Notes: a model not told the origin generated them from the letters alone. 64,000 nt of DNA from Azospirillum sp. CAG:239 (GCA_963619585.1 CAVEXR010000005.1:20860-84859), one strand, 5' to 3'; shown: positions 54,587 through 64,000, counted from the first letter of the stretch. Made by a program: numbers and translations.

Positions 54587-55855
54587 GTGCAAACCACAGA
54601 CCAACATATAGAGATAATGGCACCCGTCGGGTGTTGGGAGTCGCTCGCAGCCGCTATCAACGCGGGTGCGACCAGCGTCTATTTCGGCATTGAGTACCTG
54701 AATATGCGGGCTCGCTCGTCGGCGAACTTCACTACCGAAGACCTGCATACGATTGTCAAGACCTGCCGTGCGGCGGGCGTGAAGACCTATCTCACGCTCA
54801 ACACCGTGATGTACCCCGAAGACCTGCCGCTGATGCGCACCATAGTAGACAACGCCAAGGCCGCAGGGGTAGACGCTATCATTGCGAGCGACATTGCCGT
54901 CATGCAATACGCACGCGAGGTAGGCGTAGAGGTACACCTCTCCACCCAACTGAACATTGCCAACACCGAGGCACTGCGCTTCTATGCACAGTTTGCCGAT
55001 GTGGTGGTGCTGGCACGCGAACTGAATATGGAGCAAGTGGCGTCTATTCATAAAGACATTGAGCAGCAACATATTACAGGCCCGCACGGCGACTTGCTGC
55101 GTATCGAGATGTTCTGCCACGGGGCACTCTGTATGGCGGTGTCGGGCAAGTGCTACCTGAGCCTCAACAATTTCGCCCAAAGCGCCAACCGAGGGGCGTG
55201 CGTACAGGTATGCCGCCGCGGGTATATCGTGCGGGACAAAGAGAGCGACCTCGAGTTGGAGGTAGAAAACCAATACATCATGTCGCCCAAGGACTTGAAA
55301 ACCATTCATTTCCTGAACAAGATGCTCGATGCGGGCGTGCGGGTTTTGAAGATAGAGGGGCGTGCGCGTGGAGCGGAATATGTCCATACCGTGGTGTCGT
55401 GCTACCGTGAGGCGGTAGAAGCATGGCAAGCAGGCGAGTATACCGACGACGCTGTTATTCTGCCAAAGATAGAGGATTGGAACACCCGCCTGGCACGGGT
55501 CTTCAACCGCGGCTTCTGGGACGGCTACTACCAAGGGCAACGCCTCGGCGAATGGACGCACACCTACGGCAGCCGTGCCACTCGACGGAAAGTGTATGTA
55601 GGCAAATGCACCAATTTCTTCAAGAACATAGGCGTGGCGGAGTTCTATGTAGAGGCGACCGACCGTATCCAAGAGGGCGATGAACTGCTCATAACGGGCG
55701 AGACCACAGGCGCATACGAGTGCGTGGCGCACGACCTGCGCAACGCCAAGGGAGAGCAGAAAGCCGAGATACAAAAAGGCGCGTACTTCTCGCTGAAAAC
55801 AGAGAAGACCATTCACCGCGGGGATAAACTCTATATCATGCAACCTACTGATTAG
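54587..55855 (+). CDS. peptidase U32 family protein (GTG start)
   Basis: IEIMAPVG...YFGIEYLNMRA...E.FCHGALCMAVSGKCYLS is typical of the U32 family. Confidence 0.8.
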   Translation: MQTTDQHIEIMAPVGCWESLAAAINAGATSVYFGIEYLNMRARSSANFTTEDLHTIVKTCRAAGVKTYLTLNTVMYPEDLPLMRTIVDNAKAAGVDAIIASDIAVMQYAREVGVEVHLSTQLNIANTEALRFYAQFADVVVLARELNMEQVASIHKDIEQQHITGPHGDLLRIEMFCHGALCMAVSGKCYLSLNNFAQSANRGACVQVCRRGYIVRDKESDLELEVENQYIMSPKDLKTIHFLNKMLDAGVRVLKIEGRARGAEYVHTVVSCYREAVEAWQAGEYTDDAVILPKIEDWNTRLARVFNRGFWDGYYQGQRLGEWTHTYGSRATRRKVYVGKCTNFFKNIGVAEFYVEATDRIQEGDELLITGETTGAYECVAHDLRNAKGEQKAEIQKGAYFSLKTEKTIHRGDKLYIMQPTD

Positions 55856-56545
55856 ATGCCGTTTATACCACACATATTATCTCCCGGGTCTGCGCCGTGG
55901 GTGGGTTGGACGATGCTCCTGCTGGCGGTCTTTGCCGTGCTGTCCGAACTCATGCAGCCGGGCGTGCTGTCAGGCTCATTCGCCTTGGTGTTCTCCAAGG
56001 TGGAACGCACCTACCACGACCCACACCGCAACATACCCGGGCAACTGTGCATCAATGTGTTCCGTATAGGTACATTTGCCTTGGCACTGTATCTTTTCTG
56101 CTATGTGGGCGGCACACTCTCGCTCGGGCATTGGGAGGTGCAATTCCTTACGGACAAGACCTTTCTCTTCCGCAAGTACCTGCTCGTATTGCTGGTGGTG
56201 TTCGGGGTAGATACGGTAAAGTACCTGCTCACGCTGTGGGTAAACTACACTTTCCAAATAAGCCGCCGTTTTACGCTTATCTCCCTACACTACAACAGCC
56301 TGTGGACGGTTATAAACTCGGCATTCTACTTGATGCTGTTGGTCTTATTGCCCGTAGACAGCCCGAAAATTATATTCTGGAGTTTCCTGGCATTGTGTAT
56401 TGTGGCACTCGTATTGATAGGGGTAAAATGGCTGCGCGTGTTCTATTCCGGGCTGCCGTCGCTGCTCTATATTGCGCTCTACCTGCTAACCCTCGAGGTG
56501 TTGCCCCTTTTAGCAATGGTAGCCTGCGCCGAAGAGGTGATATAA
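55856..56545 (+). CDS. multi-pass membrane protein (DUF4271-like)
   Basis: About 6 predicted TM helices. It is abutted to the U32 stop and precedes hemD, as in other Bacteroidota (from memory). Confidence 0.5.
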   Translation: MPFIPHILSPGSAPWVGWTMLLLAVFAVLSELMQPGVLSGSFALVFSKVERTYHDPHRNIPGQLCINVFRIGTFALALYLFCYVGGTLSLGHWEVQFLTDKTFLFRKYLLVLLVVFGVDTVKYLLTLWVNYTFQISRRFTLISLHYNSLWTVINSAFYLMLLVLLPVDSPKIIFWSFLALCIVALVLIGVKWLRVFYSGLPSLLYIALYLLTLEVLPLLAMVACAEEVI

Positions 56546-56610
56546 TTAACAAGTAATAATTAACAATTAACCTGCCCTTTGGGTGGTAATCTGCACCTTT
56601 GGGTGGCAAT
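56543..56610. repeat. AATTAACA word array followed by 2 x CTGC(C/A)CCTTTGGGTGG(T/C)AAT
   Basis: taattaacaagtaataattaacaattaacctgccctttgggtggtaatctgcacctttgggtggcaat. Confidence 0.8.
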
Positions 56611-56791
56611 ATATATAGGGGACTTCATCTATTCTTTATGCCGGTTGGTTGCGTGTTTTTGTAAGGAGGATACAATGAGGATACAGAGAGAGGAGGATAG
56701 ATAGAGTAGAGTAAGAGTAGGAGAGAGAGAAGAGGAAGCAAGATACATGAAAATGAACCCATAAATCACAAATAGAATTAATATAACTACT

Positions 56792-57529
56792 ATGATAAAG
56801 AAAATTCTTATTTCCCAACCTCGTCCCGCTACGGAGCGTAATCCGTACACAGAGATGGAAGAGGAATATGGCGTATCGTTCGATTTCCGCCAACTCATTC
56901 ATATCGAGGGGCTTAATGCGCGTGAGTTCCGTCAGCAGCACATCACTCCCACGGACTACACGGCGATTATCCTCAACTCCAAGTTGGCTGCCGACCACTT
57001 CTTCCGTCTCTGCGAAGAGATGCGTCTTACCGTACCCGAGACCATGCACTACTACTGCATCTCCGAGTCGGTGGGTAACTACCTGCAGAAGTACATCGAC
57101 TACCGCAAACGCCGTGTGTTCTTCTGCACCAACAACCGCTTCGAGGAATTGTTGCCCGCCATGTACCGCCGCCCGAACGAGAAATACCTGATGGTACTGT
57201 CGGACATCCACAACACCGACCAACTCGATATGTTCGCTGAGAACAAGATAACGGTCAAGCCCGCCATTATGTACCGCACCGTGTCCACAAAGTGGGGCAG
57301 CGACCCGTTCGACTACGATATGGTGGCACTCTTCACACCCGCCGGAGCGAAGTCCATACGCGAGAATTTCCCCGACTTTGAGCAGGGCAATACGGTCTTT
57401 GCCGCCTTTGGAGCAAACACGGCGCAGGCATTGGAAGAACTGGGGCTGCATGCGGACATCCAAGTTCCCTCGCCCGAGTTCAAGTCGCTGCCTGCGGCCA
57501 TCGACCACTATCTGAATACGCATAAATAA
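56792..57529 (+). CDS. hemD: uroporphyrinogen-III synthase-like protein
   Basis: ILISQPRPATERNPY..., the two-lobe HemD pattern, and ~245 aa. Confidence 0.7.
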   Translation: MIKKILISQPRPATERNPYTEMEEEYGVSFDFRQLIHIEGLNAREFRQQHITPTDYTAIILNSKLAADHFFRLCEEMRLTVPETMHYYCISESVGNYLQKYIDYRKRRVFFCTNNRFEELLPAMYRRPNEKYLMVLSDIHNTDQLDMFAENKITVKPAIMYRTVSTKWGSDPFDYDMVALFTPAGAKSIRENFPDFEQGNTVFAAFGANTAQALEELGLHADIQVPSPEFKSLPAAIDHYLNTHK

Positions 57530-57581
57530 GGCGAATTCTTCTGCAAGGAAATACTCTCTATTCTATTGGTACCCAATCACT

Positions 57582-57944
57582 TTGGCAAGCGAGAAACACA
57601 TATTTCCAAAGTCGGAGCGTCTCTGCGGACAGATGCGCATCGAGCAACTCTATCACACAGGCAAGCGTTTTGTGGTGTGGCCGTTGCGCGTAACCTATCT
57701 CCCGGCCGAGGACACGACGGAGGTGCTTATCTGGGCACCGAAATCGCTCTTCAAGCACGCCACAGACCGCAACCGTCTGCGACGGCAGATGCGGGAAGCA
57801 TACCGACTGCAAAAGGGCTTGTTGGGCGACACGCACTACCAGGTGGCGTTCAACTATATGGACAAGCAGCCGCAGCCCTACGCCGTCATTGCCAAAGCCA
57901 TGCGGAAGGCACTGACGAGACTGGCACAGACCGAAGAAACCTGA
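57582..57944 (+). CDS. rnpA: ribonuclease P protein component (TTG start)
   Basis: FPKSERLCGQMRIEQLYHTGKRF... and LRRQMREAYR. Confidence 0.8.
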   Translation: MASEKHIFPKSERLCGQMRIEQLYHTGKRFVVWPLRVTYLPAEDTTEVLIWAPKSLFKHATDRNRLRRQMREAYRLQKGLLGDTHYQVAFNYMDKQPQPYAVIAKAMRKALTRLAQTEET

Positions 57945-57975
57945 CTCCCCATGCCCCCTCAGAGAGGGGGAATGC
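57943..57975. repeat. GACTCCCC...CCCCCTC-agaga-GGGGG hairpin module overlapping the rnpA stop
   Basis: gactccccatgccccctcagagagggggaatgc. Confidence 0.8.
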
Positions 57976-58058
57976 AGAACGAGTACAAAGATAGATATAG
58001 GGATAGAAAAAACAGAGGGGGAGAGAGAAGAATAGATAGGTGAAAGAGGACAGGCATA

Positions 58059-58093
58059 TTAATTGTTACCTGTTAATTGTTAATTGTTAATTG
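58059..58093. repeat. AATTAACA word array, reverse orientation
   Basis: ttaattgttacctgttaattgttaattgttaattg. Confidence 0.85.
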
Positions 58094-58098
58094 AAACC

Positions 58099-58320
58099 AT
58101 GCGTCGTTTTCTTCGTAAACTGTTTCTTGTGCCGGTGTACTTCTACCGGTATTGCATATCGCCGCTGACGCCACCGTCGTGCCGATATACGCCTACTTGC
58201 AGTCAGTATATGGTGGAGGCGGTGCTGAAATACGGGATATTCAAAGGTACTTGGCTGGGTATAAAGCGTATCCTGCGTTGCAACCCGTGGGGAGGCTCGG
58301 GCTACGACCCCGTACCATAG
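58099..58320 (+). CDS. yidD: membrane protein insertion efficiency factor YidD
   Basis: [27 protein letters not shown]. The ATG at 58099 is preferred over the upstream TTG inside the repeat. Confidence 0.85.
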   Translation: MRRFLRKLFLVPVYFYRYCISPLTPPSCRYTPTCSQYMVEAVLKYGIFKGTWLGIKRILRCNPWGGSGYDPVP

Positions 58321-58411
58321 TGAGAGCGACACGCCCCCCCCTCATTGTATCCCCCCTTACTTTCAGTTACGAATAACGAATACTGAATTACCCGCCCCGT
58401 TCCCAACTATC

Positions 58412-58444
58412 AATTCCTAATTCCTAACTCCTAATTCCTAATTC
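58412..58444. repeat. TAATTCC word array just upstream of trmD
   Basis: aattcctaattcctaactcctaattcctaattc. Confidence 0.85.
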
Positions 58445-58448
58445 ATTC

Positions 58449-59126
58449 ATGCGTATCGATATTATATCTGCCTGCCCCGAGTTGTTGGAGTCGCCGCTCA
58501 ACCACTCGATAGTACAACGAGCCAAAGACAAAGGGCTTGCGGAGATTTATGTGCATAACCTGCGTGATTACACACTCGACAAACACCGCAAAGTGGACGA
58601 CTATGCGTTCGGCTTCGGAGCGGGAATGGTGTTGCAGATAGAGCCTATCGACCGCCTGATAAGCAAACTGACCGCAGAACGGCATTACGACGAGATTATC
58701 TTCACTGCGCCCGACGGAGAGCGGTTCACGCAACGGGAAGCAAATGCGCTGTCGCTCAAAGAGAATATCATTATCCTCTGCGGACATTACAAGGGCGTTG
58801 ACCAACGGGTGCGCGACCACTTGATTACCAAGGAGTACACCATCGGCGACTTCGTTCTGACGGGAGGCGAGATGCCTGCGGCTATCATGACGGACGCTAT
58901 CGTACGGCTGCTGCCGGGCGCACTGGGCGATGTAGAGAGTGCGCTCAACGACTCGTTTCAGGACGGCTTGCTCGAACCCGGGGTCTATACACGCCCGGCG
59001 GAGTACAAGGGCTGGCGTGTGCCGGACATTCTGCTCTCGGGCAATCAGGCGAAGATAGAGGACTGGCTCTACGAGGAAGCCCTCCGCCACACCCGCGAAC
59101 GCCGACCGGACTTGCTCGAGGAATAA
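58449..59126 (+). CDS. trmD: tRNA (guanine37-N1)-methyltransferase
   Basis: [13 protein letters not shown]...[11 protein letters not shown]...GDFVLTGGE. Confidence 0.92.
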   Translation: MRIDIISACPELLESPLNHSIVQRAKDKGLAEIYVHNLRDYTLDKHRKVDDYAFGFGAGMVLQIEPIDRLISKLTAERHYDEIIFTAPDGERFTQREANALSLKENIIILCGHYKGVDQRVRDHLITKEYTIGDFVLTGGEMPAAIMTDAIVRLLPGALGDVESALNDSFQDGLLEPGVYTRPAEYKGWRVPDILLSGNQAKIEDWLYEEALRHTRERRPDLLEE

Positions 59127-59156
59127 TTTGTAAATGTGCAAATTTGTAAATGTGCA
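59125..59156. repeat. perfect tandem duplication of the 16-mer AATTTGTAAATGTGCA
   Basis: Read directly from the sequence. It overlaps the trmD stop codon. Confidence 0.9.
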
Positions 59157-59183
59157 GCCATACGCACGAATCATCTCCTGCAT

Positions 59184-59212
59184 GTTAATTGTTAATTGTT
59201 AACCGTTAATTG
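59184..59212. repeat. AATTAACA word array, reverse orientation
   Basis: gttaattgttaattgttaaccgttaattg. Confidence 0.85.
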
Positions 59213-59285
59213 ACACACCTCTCGAAGGGATGTCGAAAGGATACCGAAGGGATAGGGTACTCTTGCAGAATTAAAAAAAATGTAC

Positions 59286-59293
59286 TAACTTTG
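59286..59293 (+). promoter_or_regulatory. -7 box TAacTTTG upstream of ddl
   Basis: gtactaactttgcgggc lies about 150 nt before the ATG at 59444. Confidence 0.5.
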
Positions 59294-59443
59294 CGGGCAG
59301 AAACAAAACGGCATCTCACTCAATGTGGGAAAGCCTCGCCCGAAGAAGGAAGAAAACATACCAGAGAAAGGGAAAAGTCTCGTCCAAGAGAGGAGAACCC
59401 TATTTCTACAGACAGAATAGCAAATACAAATCAAATCAAATCA

Positions 59444-60469
59444 ATGAAACGCCAAATAGCCATCGTAGCGGGGGGCGACAGTTCCGAATACGAGGTTTCT
59501 CTTCGCAGTGCCGCAGGTCTTTATTCGTTTATGGACAAAGAGCGTTATGCCGTAACGGTAGTAACGCTCCGGGGTCGTGAGTGGTATGCCGTACCCGATT
59601 GGACTCTCTCCGACGAGGGAGGCTTTACCGCCCGCGAGACGGCACCTATCGACAAGAACGATTTCTCATTCACCCATGCGGGGCAGAAAACGGTCTTCGA
59701 TTTCGCCTATATCACCATCCACGGTACCCCGGGCGAGAACGGGCGTCTGCAGGGCTATTTCGACATGTTGCGTATCCCGTATTCGTGCTGCGGCGTATTG
59801 GCGGCAGCCGTTACTTTCAATAAATACACCTGCAACCACTACTTGCAGGATTTCGGTATCCGTATCTCGCCGAGCCTCTTGCTGCGTGCAGGCGCACCCC
59901 GCCCCACCGACGAGGAGATAGTCGCCAAAGTGGGACTGCCCTGTTTCATCAAGAGCAATGTGGGGGGATCGAGTTTCGGGTGTACGAAAGTGAAGACCCT
60001 TGCCGAGGTAACACCCGCCATCAACCGTGCGTTCGAAGAGGGCAACGAGGTTATCTGCGAGGCGTTCATGCAGGGTACGGAAATCACCTGCGGCGTCTAT
60101 AAGACCCAAGACAAAGCCGTGGCGTTCCCGATTACGGAAGTGGTCAGCAAGCACGAGTTCTTCGACTACGACGCCAAGTACAAGGGGCAAGTGGACGAGA
60201 TTACGCCTGCCCGTATACCGGACGAGGTACGCGACCGTGTGCAGGCACTCACACTCCGGATATACGACATCCTCGGCTGCCACGGTATTATCCGCACGGA
60301 CTATATTCTGACCGAAGGTTGGACGATTAACTTGTTGGAAATCAACACCACACCGGGTATGACCGCCACCTCGTTCATCCCGCAGCAAGTGCGTGCCGCA
60401 GGGCTGCATATCACGGATGTACTGACCGACATCATCGAAGACCCTGCCATCCCAAACAACGCACACTAA
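59444..60469 (+). CDS. ddl: D-alanine--D-alanine ligase
   Basis: MKRQIAIVAGGDSSEYEVSLRSA...ITIHGTPGENGRLQG... The internal ATG was chosen because the upstream part of the listed ORF covers the promoter and leader. Confidence 0.88.
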   Translation: MKRQIAIVAGGDSSEYEVSLRSAAGLYSFMDKERYAVTVVTLRGREWYAVPDWTLSDEGGFTARETAPIDKNDFSFTHAGQKTVFDFAYITIHGTPGENGRLQGYFDMLRIPYSCCGVLAAAVTFNKYTCNHYLQDFGIRISPSLLLRAGAPRPTDEEIVAKVGLPCFIKSNVGGSSFGCTKVKTLAEVTPAINRAFEEGNEVICEAFMQGTEITCGVYKTQDKAVAFPITEVVSKHEFFDYDAKYKGQVDEITPARIPDEVRDRVQALTLRIYDILGCHGIIRTDYILTEGWTINLLEINTTPGMTATSFIPQQVRAAGLHITDVLTDIIEDPAIPNNAH

Positions 60470-60503
60470 CAGCACAACAACAGCGTAACAACAGCGTACG
60501 AAC

Positions 60504-61451
60504 ATGGAAAACCCTATCGAAAAAGCCATCCAAGCGCTCGACTGGCACCGCGAACCCTACGGCCTCTACGAGCCTATTGCCTACACCCTTGCATCGGGCG
60601 GCAAACGCCTGCGTCCGCAACTCGTGTTGCTTGGCACGGAACTCTTTGGTGCAGAGGCGACCCGTGCCTTGCCTGCCGCATTGGCTATCGAGGTATTCCA
60701 TAATTTTACCCTGCTGCACGACGATGTGATGGACAAAGCCACCGTGCGCCGCGGCAAGCCCACCGTGCATGTGCGTTGGGACGACAATACCGCCATTCTC
60801 TCGGGCGACCAGATGATGATAGAGGCGTACCGCTTGTTGGCGCAACTGCCTGACGCTGTGTTGCCTACGGTGTTGCGGCTCTTCAACCAAATGGCGACGG
60901 AGATATGCGAAGGGCAGCAGTACGACATGGAGTTCGAGCGCCGCACCGATGTGTCGCTCGACGAGTATATGCACATGATTCGCCTGAAGACCTCCGTTCT
61001 GCTTGCCACGGCGTTGCAGATCGGGGCGTATATCGCAGGTGCCACCGAGGCGCAACAACAGGCACTCTACGACTATGGTATTCATGTGGGGTTGGCGTTC
61101 CAAATTCAGGACGATGTACTCGATGTCTATGGCGACCCCGCCACTTTCGGCAAGACGATAGGCGGCGATATACTCTGCAACAAGAAGACCTGTATGCTCC
61201 TTACGGCACGCGAGAACGCCACGGGAGCAGACCTTGCCGAACTCGAGCGACTGCTTGCCGCTGCCCCGTCCGAAGAGAAGATACAGGCGATGACGGCACT
61301 CTACACCCGCTTGCACACTCGTGAGCAATGCGAAGCCCTGATAGCACAGCACACCGACGCTGCCATCGCACTACTCGATACCCTGCCTGCCCATGCGGCC
61401 GCCGACCGCCTGCGCACGCTCGCTCTTTCGCTTACCCACCGCCAATCCTAA
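60504..61451 (+). CDS. polyprenyl diphosphate synthase family protein
   Basis: First DDxxD motif LLHDDVMD and second FQIQDDVLD. Confidence 0.85.
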   Translation: MENPIEKAIQALDWHREPYGLYEPIAYTLASGGKRLRPQLVLLGTELFGAEATRALPAALAIEVFHNFTLLHDDVMDKATVRRGKPTVHVRWDDNTAILSGDQMMIEAYRLLAQLPDAVLPTVLRLFNQMATEICEGQQYDMEFERRTDVSLDEYMHMIRLKTSVLLATALQIGAYIAGATEAQQQALYDYGIHVGLAFQIQDDVLDVYGDPATFGKTIGGDILCNKKTCMLLTARENATGADLAELERLLAAAPSEEKIQAMTALYTRLHTREQCEALIAQHTDAAIALLDTLPAHAAADRLRTLALSLTHRQS

Positions 61452-61525
61452 CCCCGCCACATACGGGAACTACAAAAACCACGCAAACTACGATAACCAC
61501 GGTAACCACCTAAAAACACGCTGCT

Positions 61526-62293
61526 ATGCCCTACCGCCGTCTTCCCAATACCGACCAATCCCGCCTCACTGCTCTGCAGAATGCCGTACAGGCAGCGAGC
61601 GAAGCGGATTTCACCGAACAGGTGCTTAAGTACAAAACGCTCAGCGATGCCCAGCGCTTCCTGATGCAGTTCGAGAACCTTGTGGTGCAGTACCACGAGA
61701 ATTTCCGCAGCGGGGTCTCTGCGAACAAGCAGTATCGCCACAATGTACAGAACGCCCGCATGTATATCTCCCACTTTATCCAGGTACTCAACCTTGCCGT
61801 TATCCGCGGAGAGATTAAAGCAGAGCAGAAAGAACTCTACGGGCTCGACCCTGCCAACCATATTATGCCCGACTTGAGCAGCGAGGAAGACCTGCTCGTA
61901 TGGGGCGAGAACATTATCCGCGGCGAGCAGAAACGCACACAAATGGGCGGTTTTCCCATCTACAACCCCGGTATTGCCAAAGTGCAAGTCTATTACAACA
62001 TCTTCAAAGAGCAACAGATTGGGCATACCATACGCAAAAAAAACACCACCCGTGTGATGGGTGATGTAGAATCCATGCGCAAGCAAGCCGATGCGCTCAT
62101 ACTCGATATATGGAACCAGGTAGAAGCGTACTATAAGGACCGCCTACCCTACGACAAACTCTGCCACTGCAAGCACTACGGGCTAATCTACTACTACCGT
62201 TCGAACGAGAAACGCCTTACACCGGAGACCGACAAAGAAGCCCGCCGCCTACAGGAAATACAGCCTACACTGCCCCTTTCGGATAGCAAATAA
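61526..62293 (+). CDS. hypothetical protein
   Basis: A 255-codon ORF with coding-like composition and no recognised motif. Confidence 0.5.
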   Translation: MPYRRLPNTDQSRLTALQNAVQAASEADFTEQVLKYKTLSDAQRFLMQFENLVVQYHENFRSGVSANKQYRHNVQNARMYISHFIQVLNLAVIRGEIKAEQKELYGLDPANHIMPDLSSEEDLLVWGENIIRGEQKRTQMGGFPIYNPGIAKVQVYYNIFKEQQIGHTIRKKNTTRVMGDVESMRKQADALILDIWNQVEAYYKDRLPYDKLCHCKHYGLIYYYRSNEKRLTPETDKEARRLQEIQPTLPLSDSK

Positions 62294-62298
62294 TTATC

Positions 62299-62904
62299 CT
62301 ATCGTATTACCATGCGCTCGGGCGTAATCACACGGTCGAGGCGTTTGTCATGCCAGGTCTGCGGCAGGCGCGAGTGACGCAGTTGGAAGGAATAACACAC
62401 GCCTACTTTGAGTGCTTTGCGTTGTCCTGCGAGGTATTTGTCGTAGTAGCCGCCACCACGCCCGATACGATGGCAGTCGGTATCGAACGCCACCCCCGGC
62501 ACGAGGATAAGGTCTATATTGCCTTGGTAGGGCGCAGTATCCGGCTCTGCCACCCCGACATGCCCGCTGTGCAGACAGTCTTCGCCCGTATAGGGACACG
62601 CCTCCATGTAGTGGCGGTGGGTTACGGGCAGGAGCATCGTCTTCGTGTCCTTGTATTTCTCGAGGAGCGGACGCAAATCCACCTCGTTGTGGATAGGGTA
62701 ATAGAGCAACACGGTTTTCGCCTGTTGGAAAGCAGACATCTGCTCGATATGGTGCACGATGGACGCAGCGTCTTTGGCTGCCAATGCAGGGTCGTACATA
62801 CGCCGTTGTTGCTCCACAATAGTGCGTATTGCCTGCTGCTTTACTTTCGCTTTTCTCCAAGGCAGAAGCGCCTTGAAGTCAATGATTTGGGATTCGAATA
62901 GCAT
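62299..62904 (-). CDS. 5-formyltetrahydrofolate cyclo-ligase
   Basis: LILVPGVAFDTDCHRIGRGGGYYDKYL. Confidence 0.85.
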   Translation of the reverse strand: MLFESQIIDFKALLPWRKAKVKQQAIRTIVEQQRRMYDPALAAKDAASIVHHIEQMSAFQQAKTVLLYYPIHNEVDLRPLLEKYKDTKTMLLPVTHRHYMEACPYTGEDCLHSGHVGVAEPDTAPYQGNIDLILVPGVAFDTDCHRIGRGGGYYDKYLAGQRKALKVGVCYSFQLRHSRLPQTWHDKRLDRVITPERMVIR

Positions 62905-62937
62905 AGTTCGTAATATCTATGACTCATAAATTATCCG

Positions 62938-62945
62938 CAAAAGTA
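62938..62945 (-). promoter_or_regulatory. -7 box TActTTTG upstream of the cyclo-ligase gene
   Basis: The plus strand reads caaaagta. Confidence 0.5.
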
Positions 62946-62977
62946 CATAATTATTTGCATATTTGCAAAAATGGCAC

Positions 62978-62985
62978 TAATTTTG
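62978..62985 (+). promoter_or_regulatory. -7 box TAatTTTG upstream of the terminal lipoprotein gene
   Basis: cactaattttgcctgc lies 17 nt before the ATG at 63002. Confidence 0.5.
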
Positions 62986-63001
62986 CCTGCTAAAACAACA
63001 G

Positions 63002-64000
63002 ATGAAACGCTATTTACTACCTATATTGCTCCTGCTGCCGCTCTTGATAGTGGGGTGTAAGAGTTCCACTTCGTCCACTACGCTATCTTCGGTAGCCCAA
63101 CTTTCCACCTTTGCATTTGCATCCAACGACTCCTTTCCGGGGCTCGCAGCCGCCACCTTCAAGATAGAAGAACGGCTCGATACGGGCTATGTCTATAACC
63201 CGGACTCTATACTGTATGGTACGCCGCTTGATTCGGTTGTACCCGTATTCACTTTTGCGGCTACGCCCGGCTCTGTCCTGCTCCAAACGGCAGACACCAC
63301 GATAGTTCTGTCGGGCAAAGACACTATCAACTTCAACCGCACGCCTATCTATCTGACCGTTAAATCATCCGACGGTACGACCACCAAGGTATACGAGATA
63401 AACGCCACCGTCCATCAGGTAGACCCAGACCTCTTTACTTGGGAGTGTCTGACGGAGCAGGCTTTCACGCCCGACAACAGTGCCATGCAGGTAATGCTGC
63501 TCCGTGACCAATTTGTGTGCATGAAAGACAACGGATTCCACCTGTCATTCTATCGCTCTGCCGACGGGGTAACATGGACAGAAGCAGGGACGCCCTCGGG
63601 GCTGCCCGCCTCGTGTAATGTGCGGGGGATCGTATCGGACGACGAGCAACTCTACTACGCGGACACGACGGGGCTGTATACCTCTGCGGACGGGCTGCAA
63701 TGGACACACGAGACCTATTCGGATTTTACGCTCCGCACTATGCTCTTGTCGTGGAACGGTGCGGTTTGGGCATTAGCATACACAAACGGTGAACCCGTAT
63801 TGGCAAAAACGGAAGACGGGGTGATGCGCCTTACCCCGCTGCGTATCACATCGCCTTTCCCTGTCAGCGACTTCGCGGCAGTGGTCTTCGAGAGTGCAGC
63901 ATTCCGCGCCAGGGCAATGATAATCGGTGGTTTTGCCGAAGACGGTACGAGTCTTAACACACAATGGAACTTGGAATACTCCGTTTCGGACACGACGAAC
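63002..64000 (+). CDS. putative lipoprotein, 3' end outside the window
   Basis: MKRYLLPILLLLPLLIVGCKSS has a lipobox. The frame is open for all 333 codons to the window end. This ORF is not in the supplied track. Confidence 0.6.
   Translation, partial: MKRYLLPILLLLPLLIVGCKSSTSSTTLSSVAQLSTFAFASNDSFPGLAAATFKIEERLDTGYVYNPDSILYGTPLDSVVPVFTFAATPGSVLLQTADTTIVLSGKDTINFNRTPIYLTVKSSDGTTTKVYEINATVHQVDPDLFTWECLTEQAFTPDNSAMQVMLLRDQFVCMKDNGFHLSFYRSADGVTWTEAGTPSGLPASCNVRGIVSDDEQLYYADTTGLYTSADGLQWTHETYSDFTLRTMLLSWNGAVWALAYTNGEPVLAKTEDGVMRLTPLRITSPFPVSDFAAVVFESAAFRARAMIIGGFAEDGTSLNTQWNLEYSVSDTTN

Noticed and set aside
53666-55873. A 735-aa ORF on the minus strand spanning asd and the U32 peptidase gene
   Set aside because: It is exactly antisense to two plus-strand genes with strong, recognisable products. 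Its translation is His/Val/Gly/Arg-rich with no motif. This is a shadow ORF produced by codon bias on the opposite strand.
1-64000. Prophage, IS element or integrative element
   Set aside because: No transposase, integrase, recombinase or phage structural protein signature was seen in any of the six frames. The accessory blocks lack terminal inverted repeats that I could recognise.

Overview
This 64 kb window looks like a chromosomal segment of a Bacteroidota genome, probably Bacteroidales and Prevotellaceae-like. That assignment is an inference from four things: TAnnTTTG -7 promoter boxes, a T9SS C-terminal sorting domain on a BspA-type LRR protein, the bamD-rpoZ-coaBC synteny, and the HD-lpxD-lpxC-lpxA synteny. 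Most of the window is housekeeping: murC-ftsQ-ftsA-ftsZ, lepA, lpxD/C/A, glnS, aroB, acpP-fabF, asd, rnpA, yidD, trmD, ddl, birA, dacB, coaBC, thiL and kdsC. Four accessory blocks interrupt it. (1) An 11-gene co-directional minus-strand array at 875-11304 encodes a galactofuranose / CDP-ribitol-type polysaccharide pathway. It is headed by an XRE/HipS-like/HipT-like tripartite toxin-antitoxin set and an atypical Fic gene, with an AAA+/nuclease-like ATPase inserted in the middle. (2) An LRR surface protein operon lies at 15889-20023. (3) A visibly AT-rich islet at 38165-39830 carries an orphan ORF bracketed by an antisense promoter/terminator pair, three tandem tiny hydrophobic ORFs, and a deleted ATPase pseudogene. 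(4) A type II m5C restriction-modification pair lies at 42907-44972. No rRNA, tRNA, CRISPR array, transposase or integrase was found. The most unusual non-genic signal is that nearly every intergenic region is built from a small shared set of short modules. These include GC-only CCCCTC/GAGGGG hairpins placed right after stop codons, AATTAACA arrays, TAATTCC arrays, ATTCATAA arrays, a GGGGACTTCTATAAA box, a GGATACAATGAGGATA box, and an identical 35-mer. Two ~0.4 kb mosaics of these modules sit at 20.3 kb and 50.7 kb. All calls come from reading the sequence and the translations by eye. No database search was run.
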